DNA of 64,000 nt. Source: an uncultured Lachnospiraceae bacterium (GTDB taxonomy: Bacteria > Bacillota > Clostridia > Lachnospirales > Lachnospiraceae). Positions 9,885 to 17,078 of the stretch are shown piece after piece; the first letter of the stretch is position 1, and each line of letters opens with the position of its first letter. The position numbers were made by a program, and so were the translations under genes. The notes under the pieces are model-generated. The model saw only the letters and a list, made by a program, of their open reading frames with translations. It was not told the origin of the DNA and did not search any database. The DNA lies in assembly GCA_910588865.1 (NCBI GenBank), contig CAJUSJ010000006.1, forward strand, positions 4,755 through 68,754. Direction: 5' to 3'.

Positions 9885-10061
9885 ATGATGAAGAAAGAAA
9901 TCAGAGCGTTTTTGGTGGAAGATGACGGGATCGGGGTCATAGAGATCGTGCTGATCATGGTGGTCCTCATCGGTCTGGTGATCATTTTTAAGAAACAGAT
10001 CACTACCCTTTTAGAGGAGATCTTTAAGGAGATCCAGAAGCAGAGCAAAGAGGTGTACTGA
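9885..10061 (+). CDS. flp: Flp-type pilin (58 aa), absent from the ORF track
   Basis: Translated by hand: MMKKEIRAFLVEDDGIGVIEIVLIMVVLIGLVIIFKKQITTLLEEIFKEIQKQSKEVY. Short charged leader, Gly, then IGVIE plus a hydrophobic helix, as in Flp/Flp1-like pilins. RBS GGAGGAG at 9870-9876. The stop overlaps the next start (TGATG). Confidence 0.8.
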   Translation: MMKKEIRAFLVEDDGIGVIEIVLIMVVLIGLVIIFKKQITTLLEEIFKEIQKQSKEVY

Positions 10062-12130
10062 TGAAAGCAAGAGGAGAAATTACCGTGTTCCTCAGCTTGT
10101 GTCTGCTGAGTGTGGCAGCTCTTCTCTGTGTGATGATCGAATCCGCCAGGACCGCGGGTTCAAGGTACTATTTTCAAACAGCGGTTAACAGCGGGCTGGA
10201 CACCTTGTTCAGCCGCTACCACCGCCAGCTGTGGGACAAGTATCAGATCATGGCATTGGAGTATGAGGTGCCTGAGGATCTGACCAAAAGCCTGGAGGAC
10301 TACATGGATGAGTATCTTTCCATTGACAACTGGTATCCCATGAAGCTGGAATCCATGGAGCTGACAAGCCTGAAAGGGATGGCTGACAACGGAGGAGACT
10401 ATCTGGCGGAAGAGGTGCTGAAATATATGAAGTATGCCATGGTAAGCCAGTTTGTCATTAACCCGGAGGATGGGGAGCAGCTTTTGAAGGATGTGACGGA
10501 AGGTGCCGGAGCAGGTTCTCTGGCCGGCACCTATGACAGTCAGGAAAAGGAAGTCCGGAAGCTGGAGAAGACTGTGGAGAAGCTGGTGGAGAATGTCCGG
10601 CAGCAGGAGAAACAGAAGGATGAGATCTGGAAGGCCCTCAGCGAGGATGATGAGGAGAGCTTTGATAAGGCGGCGAAGGAGTACCGAAAGGCAGCGGAGG
10701 ATTATCCCAAGCTTATGGAAAAATACGGGAAACAGGCCAGGGCCTTGGCGGAAAAGCAGCAACAATCGCGGCAAAAGATTGATGAGGTGAAGCCGGATCT
10801 CCAGGAGGACCGGGGGGAGCTTTTCGAGAAACAGTGGAACCCTTACGATACCTATATAGCCCAGGACGGGGAGCGGTATAAGGAATTCCAGACCCAGGAA
10901 GAAGTGACAGAAAAGAATCTGGAATTGCTGGAAAAGGTGGAGGAGCTTGTGGAACGGCTGCTGGGAGGGCAGGGGATGGTGCCGCCCGGCATAGGAGACC
11001 GGGTCATCGGCACAGGTCCGGATTTGAATGTAGAAGATCCGCCTAACGGCCTGACACTTTCGAAACGGGAGGCCGTGAGGGTCATGGCGCCAGATGGCTC
11101 TGAGGAGGAAGAGGAGGAACCGTACTATGAAGAGGACGATGATGACGACGACGATGAGCCGGTGCTGACAGCTGCCGCCCTGATGTGGAGCCAGGGGTAT
11201 ACAGCCACCAAGCTTTCCACAGAATACGGCACAGGAGACAAGGAGAAGAGAAATCTTCTGGAGCAGGCCCAGAGTATGATGGAAGCGGGCCTGCTGGGCC
11301 TTGTGATGCCGGAGGGGACGGTGATTTCCAGCGGGGCGCTGTCTTTGGGACAGTTTCCGTCAAAAACAGTGGGAGTCCCGGAAAAGAACGGAGGGGAGAA
11401 GGGTAACTCTTTTTTGGAGCGGGTTATCATAGACGAGTACTGCGGACATTTTTTCCCAAATGCATTGAGCGGGGGAGAGCAGCTTGTCCGGTATGAACTG
11501 GAATATATCCTCCAAGGTGAGGGGACGGACAGAGGAAACTTAGAAAAGACGGTGGCAGAGCTGTTTGCCGTGAGAGAGGGACTGAACCTGATTCGTATTT
11601 TGTCAGATTCCGCAAAGCGGGAGGAAGCCAGAGCTCTGGCTCTCGCCATCACAGGAGGCGTGGGGCTTGCGCCTCTGGCGGAGATCGCGGCGTGCCTGAT
11701 CATGGGGGTTTGGGCCATGGGGGAGTCTGTGTCCGATTTAAGGATCCTGATGTCTGGGGGAAAAGTGCCTCTGTGGAAAAAGAACGGGGAGTGGAGGATG
11801 AGCCTGGAGGGGCTTCTGGAGATGGGGAAGAACAGAGGAGCGGGGAAAGGACCAGAAAGCTTTGACAGCGGATTTACCTATGAAGGGTATTTAAAGCTGC
11901 TGCTCCTCAAGGAAAACCCACAGGAGAAACATATGAGGATGCTGGATCTGATGCAGATGAACATTGGGTTGGAAAAATCGGGATTTCTCATAAAAAATTG
12001 TGCCTATTATGTGGATATCAGGGGAAAGGCCAGTGGAAAACATGTGTTTTTTACCCTGCCTTTTGTGGAACGTCTGGTAAACGGGGAGAAAGGATATGCC
12101 CTGGAAGCGGCGGCGGGGAAGGCATATTGA
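10061..12130 (+). CDS. Large Tad-associated membrane protein with a pseudopilin-like N-terminus (DUF5702-like from memory)
   Basis: 689 aa. The N-terminus MKARGEITVFLSLCLLSVAALLCVMIESAR is followed by a charged coiled-coil-like region and an acidic run EEEEEEPYYEEDDDDDDDE (nt 11101-11160). A C-terminal hydrophobic segment reads LAPLAEIAACLIMGVWAMG. Confidence 0.55.
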   Translation: MKARGEITVFLSLCLLSVAALLCVMIESARTAGSRYYFQTAVNSGLDTLFSRYHRQLWDKYQIMALEYEVPEDLTKSLEDYMDEYLSIDNWYPMKLESMELTSLKGMADNGGDYLAEEVLKYMKYAMVSQFVINPEDGEQLLKDVTEGAGAGSLAGTYDSQEKEVRKLEKTVEKLVENVRQQEKQKDEIWKALSEDDEESFDKAAKEYRKAAEDYPKLMEKYGKQARALAEKQQQSRQKIDEVKPDLQEDRGELFEKQWNPYDTYIAQDGERYKEFQTQEEVTEKNLELLEKVEELVERLLGGQGMVPPGIGDRVIGTGPDLNVEDPPNGLTLSKREAVRVMAPDGSEEEEEEPYYEEDDDDDDDEPVLTAAALMWSQGYTATKLSTEYGTGDKEKRNLLEQAQSMMEAGLLGLVMPEGTVISSGALSLGQFPSKTVGVPEKNGGEKGNSFLERVIIDEYCGHFFPNALSGGEQLVRYELEYILQGEGTDRGNLEKTVAELFAVREGLNLIRILSDSAKREEARALALAITGGVGLAPLAEIAACLIMGVWAMGESVSDLRILMSGGKVPLWKKNGEWRMSLEGLLEMGKNRGAGKGPESFDSGFTYEGYLKLLLLKENPQEKHMRMLDLMQMNIGLEKSGFLIKNCAYYVDIRGKASGKHVFFTLPFVERLVNGEKGYALEAAAGKAY

Positions 12131-12169
12131 GAGAACGGCCATGAAAAAGCGAAGCGGAGGTGGAGAAGG

Positions 12170-13030
12170 ATGCCTTTTTTCTGTGCGGCAAATAAAATGA
12201 AAAATCATAGCGTGACTCTCCAAGTACGAATCCATGAAATAAAAAAATCCATTGCCAGAAAGAGGGCATCCCTGTCCGCCTCCGCCAGCTTGACGGTGGA
12301 GGCGGCGCTGGTGCTGCCCTTATTTCTCTTTGGGGGCGTGATCCTGATGATGCCCTTCAGGGTCCTGGATGTGCACAGGCAGGTGCAGGCTGTGGGGGAG
12401 CATGTCAGCGAGGAGATCGGACAGGCGGCGTATTTATCCAAGTATACGGATGAGGACAGCTTCTGGAACACAGCGGCGGCACATGCCTATGCGGAGGCGG
12501 CAGTCAGAACCAGGCTGGAAGACCTGCCGGTCCATCAGCTCTCTCTTTTGCGTTCCAGCCTTTTACAGGATGGAGAGACTGTGGACCTGGTGATGGACTA
12601 CGAGATACGGCTTCCCTTTTCTGTGTTTGGACTAAACAGTGTGAAACAGACCAACCGAAGCTTTCGGAGAGCGTGGGTAGGGGAGGATGGGAAGAGCAAG
12701 GACCCGGACGGGGAGGAAAAGGATGTGGTTGTGTATGTGGGGAAAAACAGCAGCAGGTACCATTTGAGCCGTACCTGCCATTACCTGCACAATGACCTGA
12801 CAGCTGTGGCGTTTGAGGAGGTGGAGTACCGGCGGAATGAGGGAGGAAGCCGCTACGGTCCCTGCGCCAGGTGCGGGGGAGCGGCAGGGGCTATGGTCTA
12901 CATCATGCCTTCGGGGCGTCATTATCACAGTTCCCCGTCCTGCTCTGCTATTGGCGCTTATGTGAAAGCGGTGTGGAAATCAGAAGTGGAATATTTAGGA
13001 GCTTGTTCCTACTGTTCCAGGAAAAAGTAA
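12170..13030 (+). CDS. TadE-like pseudopilin with a C-terminal duplicated Cys/His module
   Basis: GGAGG lies 9 nt upstream of the ATG at 12170. ASLTVEAALVLPLFLFGGVILMM matches the TadE-type N-terminus. The tail carries RYHLSRTCHYL...CARC and HYHSSPSCSAI...CSYC. Confidence 0.6.
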   Translation: MPFFCAANKMKNHSVTLQVRIHEIKKSIARKRASLSASASLTVEAALVLPLFLFGGVILMMPFRVLDVHRQVQAVGEHVSEEIGQAAYLSKYTDEDSFWNTAAAHAYAEAAVRTRLEDLPVHQLSLLRSSLLQDGETVDLVMDYEIRLPFSVFGLNSVKQTNRSFRRAWVGEDGKSKDPDGEEKDVVVYVGKNSSRYHLSRTCHYLHNDLTAVAFEEVEYRRNEGGSRYGPCARCGGAAGAMVYIMPSGRHYHSSPSCSAIGAYVKAVWKSEVEYLGACSYCSRKK

Positions 13031-13044
13031 AAGGTGGTGATGTT

Positions 13045-13458
13045 ATGCGGTATTTTTGGCTGGCCTGCCTGACTGCCGGGGCTCTGTCAGATATGAGGAA
13101 CCGAGAGGTTTCCCTCCGCCTTCTGGCAGCCTGCGCCTCGGTCGGAATTGCCGCGGCATTTCGGGAGGGAATAGGGGGGCATCTTTTGGGGCTGGCGGCA
13201 GGAACGGCGATGCTGGCAATAAACAGGATCACGGAAGGCGGCATAGGAACAGGGGACGGGTTGTTTTTTCTGGCAAGCGCCGGATATCTGGCTCCGGGAG
13301 AAATCTGGCTGCTGCTTCTGGGAGGGCTGGCGGTGAGCTGGGTCTGGAGTATGGCGGCAGTAATGGGAGGGATAAGATCCGGAAAGAATGTGCGCAAAAA
13401 GACCATCCCATTTCTGGCCTGTGTCTGGCCGGTGGGAATATGGCTTACACTGGCCTAG
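13045..13458 (+). CDS. A24-family prepilin peptidase (paralogue 2, short form)
   Basis: ORF-track entry 12871-13458 trimmed to the ATG at 13045. 137 aa and polytopic. Aspartate motifs are LSDMRNREV and GIGTGDGLFFLA. Confidence 0.65.
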   Translation: MRYFWLACLTAGALSDMRNREVSLRLLAACASVGIAAAFREGIGGHLLGLAAGTAMLAINRITEGGIGTGDGLFFLASAGYLAPGEIWLLLLGGLAVSWVWSMAAVMGGIRSGKNVRKKTIPFLACVWPVGIWLTLA

Positions 13459-13474
13459 GAGGGGGGAACGTGTG

Positions 13475-13837
13475 ATGAGAGTAAGTCTTGAAAGAGCAAA
13501 AGAAAGAACAAAACATGCCATGGCTCCCGCAAGCCTGACCGTGGAGGCTTCCTATGTGATGGCCACAGTGATCATTGCCCTGGCGGTCCTGATACGAACT
13601 GCCTATGGACAATGCGCCAGGACCACAGGGGTGATGAAGCTTCACTGGAGGGTGGAGCAGCTGCGTTATCTGGAAGAGGACCAGGAGAGATCCCTGGACC
13701 ATGGCCAGGTGACCCGGAAGTCGGGGAAGGTGGAAGGGTATGTCCAGACAGCGGGATGGGAGAAAGCGATCACCGCGGGGGTACATGAACCGGAAGAGGC
13801 TCTGCGGCTCATAACGATTTTTGAGCCAGACGACTAA
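13475..13837 (+). CDS. Small TadE-like pseudopilin
   Basis: Trimmed to the ATG at 13475, which follows AGGAGGGG. PASLTVEASYVMATVIIALAVLI repeats the N-terminal motif seen in the 12170-13030 product. Confidence 0.5.
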   Translation: MRVSLERAKERTKHAMAPASLTVEASYVMATVIIALAVLIRTAYGQCARTTGVMKLHWRVEQLRYLEEDQERSLDHGQVTRKSGKVEGYVQTAGWEKAITAGVHEPEEALRLITIFEPDD

Positions 13838-13856
13838 GAGGGAGGTGAAAAAGATC

Positions 13857-15281
13857 GTGGAAGTACAATATTTAAGAGAAATGCGGCAGAATTATATGAT
13901 GATCACTGTGGAGGACATGCAGGATCAGGGATATGAGGCCCGAATGATGATCGGCAATACCATAGAGGGACTGTTAAAGTTCCGGATCAAGCGGACAGAC
14001 AGCCGCAGCCAGTTTTGCTATGAGATCACTTCAAAGCAGCCCTTGAGCCGTCTTTTAGAAAAAAGCACCATTAACGCGGTCCAGATGCGGAGGCTGCTTC
14101 TGGGGATCGCCCGGACTCTTACAAGGATGGAAGATTATCTTCTGACAGAGGAGCAGATCCTTCTGGACCCGGATTATATCTATATGAACCCAGATGATTA
14201 TCAGCCCTTTCTCTGTCTGATACCCGGAAAGACCGGGGATTTTCCCCATGAATTCAGCCTGTTTCTCCAGTTCCTTTTAGGAAAGGTGGATCACCAGGAC
14301 AGGGAGGCGGTAGTGTTGACTTACGGGCTTTACAGGGAGAGCCTGAAAGAAAATTACGGGCTGGACAATCTGCTTAGGTGGCTCATGAAGGAAAATTGTC
14401 CGAATGTGGAGTCTACAGGTATAAGCGGAGAATGTGAGACAATGAAACAGGAGAAAATAGAGTCAGGGGAAGCGAACAGATTTGACAGACCAGATTCGCC
14501 TCCAGCGGGTCCACCTGAAAAAAGGCCATGGTATTGGTACATGACGCCGGCGGCAATTGTAACAGCGCTGACGGCAGGAATTGTCCTTTTTTTCGGGGTT
14601 TCCGTTCTCTGGAAATACGGAGTGTGGATGATGCTGGCTGATATCCTGGTTTTGGCGGCAGGGATCTTTCTTTGCGTCAGAGACAATCATGGCCTGCCTG
14701 AAATCACGTTATTCCACAGACTCTCATCTCAAAACCATACATCAAGTACTCATACATTTTACAATCATACTTCTTATAATCAGACATCTTGTAGCAGCGA
14801 ATTATCCGGCCAACCGTTAAGCAGAGAAACAGCTGCGAATCCCCGCACACCACCACAAAATATCCAGCCAGGTCAGTGGCAGTCCATCTTCGAGGAGTTC
14901 CGGGAGGAAAAGTCCCAGGAAATTGATGTGTCTATTGCCGCGGATACAGAGGACAAGAAAACCGTGCTCTTATGGGATCAGGAGGAGACGAAAACTGTGC
15001 GCGGCCTGGTGAGTGAAGACGGAAGCGGGCAGATTCCCATACCTTATTACCCCTTTATCATTGGAAGGCGGGAGGGAATCTGTGATTATGTTCTGTCCAG
15101 AAATACGGTCAGTTTTCTTCATGTCAGGATAGACGAGACAGAAGGCGGGTATTGTATTACGGATCTGAACTCGGACAATGGCACTTATGTTAATGGACAA
15201 TGTCTCAACGCCAATGAGACTGTATCAGTAGCCCCAGGGGACGAGATCACCATCGCGGACCTTAAGTTCCGGCTGAAATAA
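13857..15281 (+). CDS. FHA-domain membrane protein (N-domain DUF6382-like from memory)
   Basis: Likely GTG start at 13857, after GAGGGAGGTG. Central TM pair (PAAIVTALTAGIVLFF, WMMLADILVLAAGIFL). The C-terminal FHA signature is PFIIGRREGICDYVL...VSFLHVRI...YCITDLNSDNGTYVNG. Confidence 0.75.
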   Translation: MEVQYLREMRQNYMMITVEDMQDQGYEARMMIGNTIEGLLKFRIKRTDSRSQFCYEITSKQPLSRLLEKSTINAVQMRRLLLGIARTLTRMEDYLLTEEQILLDPDYIYMNPDDYQPFLCLIPGKTGDFPHEFSLFLQFLLGKVDHQDREAVVLTYGLYRESLKENYGLDNLLRWLMKENCPNVESTGISGECETMKQEKIESGEANRFDRPDSPPAGPPEKRPWYWYMTPAAIVTALTAGIVLFFGVSVLWKYGVWMMLADILVLAAGIFLCVRDNHGLPEITLFHRLSSQNHTSSTHTFYNHTSYNQTSCSSELSGQPLSRETAANPRTPPQNIQPGQWQSIFEEFREEKSQEIDVSIAADTEDKKTVLLWDQEETKTVRGLVSEDGSGQIPIPYYPFIIGRREGICDYVLSRNTVSFLHVRIDETEGGYCITDLNSDNGTYVNGQCLNANETVSVAPGDEITIADLKFRLK

Positions 15282-15343
15282 AACCTTAACAAATTCAGAA
15301 AGCTATGTTAGAATGAGGTTACATAAGACAGAAGGAGAATTTT

Positions 15344-15970
15344 ATGGGTGTTGAAAAATACCGTAAAACCGCTTATGTAAATTTCATGATCATAGCGGTC
15401 AATGTGCTTTGGTTTTTGTTTCTGGAGACCCGGGGCTCTACGGAGAATACAGAATTTATGATCTTCCACGGGGCTTTGTTTGAGCCCGCGGTTTTGTACC
15501 ACAAAGAGTACTGGCGGCTTGTGACAGCTGTTTTCATGCATTTCGGGATCCAGCACCTGGTAAACAACATGCTGCTGTTGTTTGTCCTGGGAGATAACTT
15601 AGAGCGGGCCCTGGGAAAGGTCAAGTACGCGGTTTTTTATCTGGTATGCGGCGTTGGCGCGAATGTGGCTTCCATGTGTGTGAATTTAATGGAAGGCAGT
15701 TACGCTGTCTCCGCGGGAGCTTCCGGAGCGATCTTCGGAGTGGTGGGAGGGCTCCTGTATGTGGTGGCCGTCAACAGAGGGCGTCTGGAGGACTTAAGCA
15801 CAAGACAGCTGGGCATTCTGGCGGCGTTCTCCCTGTATCACGGATTTACCAGCAGCGGAGTTAACAATGTGGCCCATGTGGCAGGCCTTTTGCTGGGAGT
15901 GGTTATGGGAGCGGTTTTGTACCGAAAGCCAAAAAATAAAGAGGAGAGTGTATGGTATGGTGAGAGATGA
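15344..15970 (+). CDS. Rhomboid-family intramembrane serine protease
   Basis: EYWRLVTAVFMHFGIQHLVNNM (WR and HxxxN), catalytic GASGAIFG, and a downstream HVAGLLLG. Confidence 0.85.
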   Translation: MGVEKYRKTAYVNFMIIAVNVLWFLFLETRGSTENTEFMIFHGALFEPAVLYHKEYWRLVTAVFMHFGIQHLVNNMLLLFVLGDNLERALGKVKYAVFYLVCGVGANVASMCVNLMEGSYAVSAGASGAIFGVVGGLLYVVAVNRGRLEDLSTRQLGILAAFSLYHGFTSSGVNNVAHVAGLLLGVVMGAVLYRKPKNKEESVWYGER

Positions 15971-16373
15971 TTGTATTTTCTGCAAAATCGCGAATGGAGT
16001 GATCCCGGCGGCGGCTTTATACGAGGATGATGATTTTAAGGTGATCTTAGATGCCGGTCCGGCTTCTAAGGGGCATGCCCTGATCCTGCCTAAACAGCAT
16101 TATCAGGATCTTTGTGAGTTGGATGAGGCTGTGGGGACCAGAGTTCTGGGCCTTGCGGCGAAGCTGGGAAAAGCCATGAAAAGCGGCCTGGGATGCGCTG
16201 GGTTCAATCTGGTGCAGAACAATGGGGAAGCCGCTGGGCAGACGGTAAAACATTTTCATATGCATATCATTCCCCGATATGAGGGCGGACCGGAGATGGT
16301 TGCCTGGAAACCGGGTTCGGTGGATCCGGAAGAAGCGGAACAGATAGTTGAGGAAGTAACTGCCCGGATGTGA
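15957..16373 (+). CDS. HIT-family nucleotide hydrolase/transferase
   Basis: Trimmed to the ATG at 15957 (MVRDDCIFCKI). Histidine triad HFHMHIIP. Overlaps the rhomboid gene end by 14 nt. Confidence 0.85.
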   Translation: MVRDDCIFCKIANGVIPAAALYEDDDFKVILDAGPASKGHALILPKQHYQDLCELDEAVGTRVLGLAAKLGKAMKSGLGCAGFNLVQNNGEAAGQTVKHFHMHIIPRYEGGPEMVAWKPGSVDPEEAEQIVEEVTARM

Positions 16374-16529
16374 GTCCGATTTCTCTCATATAAGCAAAGC
16401 GAGAAAACGTTGAGAACAGCGGACACCAGAATCAGCAGGGTTTGTACATGTGGGTGTGCCGCGAAACGGGAACTGAAGAACCATGTCTGGCGGTTTTCCG
16501 GGAATTGACAGGCAAATTAGGAGAATACC

Positions 16530-17078
16530 ATGCAGCAAGAACAGAACGATTTGTTGCAGGCGCTGTACGAAGAGTATCAGGGCATATTCCGTTTCATGGC
16601 ATTTAAGAATGGATTGCCGGAATGTGAAGTTGACGACATTATTCAGGATACGTTTTTCTCATTTATGCGGTATTACGGAAAGAAGGCTCTCAGGTGGAAC
16701 GAGTCTCAGATAAAAGGCGCGTTGATGAAGATCTTCGAAAACCGCTGTATTGATTATTTCCGAAGATTAACGCGGAAGGGCGAAACCAGCATAGACGCGG
16801 AGGATCCCATTATGGAATATCATATCCTGCGGTATCAGATGAGACATGATATCTGTGATACCCTGATTTTGCGGGAGGAACTGCAAAAGATCCGGGAATG
16901 CATAATGGCGATGAGGCCGAAACTGAGTCAGGTGGCCGTCCTCTACATGATTGAGGGAAGAAGTGTAGAGGAAGTATGCGAGATTCTGGATATCAGCAGT
17001 CCCACATGCAGGATGCGGATATCCAGAATCAGGAAGCACTTGAAAAAGGAGCTTATAAAGACAGGTCAGTTTCCGTGA
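16530..17078 (+). CDS. Sigma-70 family (ECF-like) RNA polymerase sigma factor
   Basis: 182 aa with a region-2-like DDIIQDTFFSFMRYY and a region-4 HTH EGRSVEEVCEILDISSPTCRMRISRIRKHL. Confidence 0.8.
   Translation: MQQEQNDLLQALYEEYQGIFRFMAFKNGLPECEVDDIIQDTFFSFMRYYGKKALRWNESQIKGALMKIFENRCIDYFRRLTRKGETSIDAEDPIMEYHILRYQMRHDICDTLILREELQKIRECIMAMRPKLSQVAVLYMIEGRSVEEVCEILDISSPTCRMRISRIRKHLKKELIKTGQFP

Noticed and set aside
10160-10774. 204-aa Leu-rich minus-strand ORF opposite the 689-aa gene
   Set aside because: It is the antisense of a Glu/Lys-rich coding region, which gives Leu/Phe-rich frames. No start context.
11101-11160. GAG/GAC-rich run considered as a slippage-prone microsatellite or phase-variation tract
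   Set aside because: The codons are mixed (gag, gaa, gac, gat) rather than a pure repeat, and the run is in frame. It reads as an encoded acidic tract, not a contingency repeat.
12141-12200. 19-codon ORF MKKRSGGGEGCLFSVRQIK between the 689-aa gene and the TadE-like gene
   Set aside because: It is too short, has no pilin-like hydrophobic helix, and overlaps the better-supported start at 12170.
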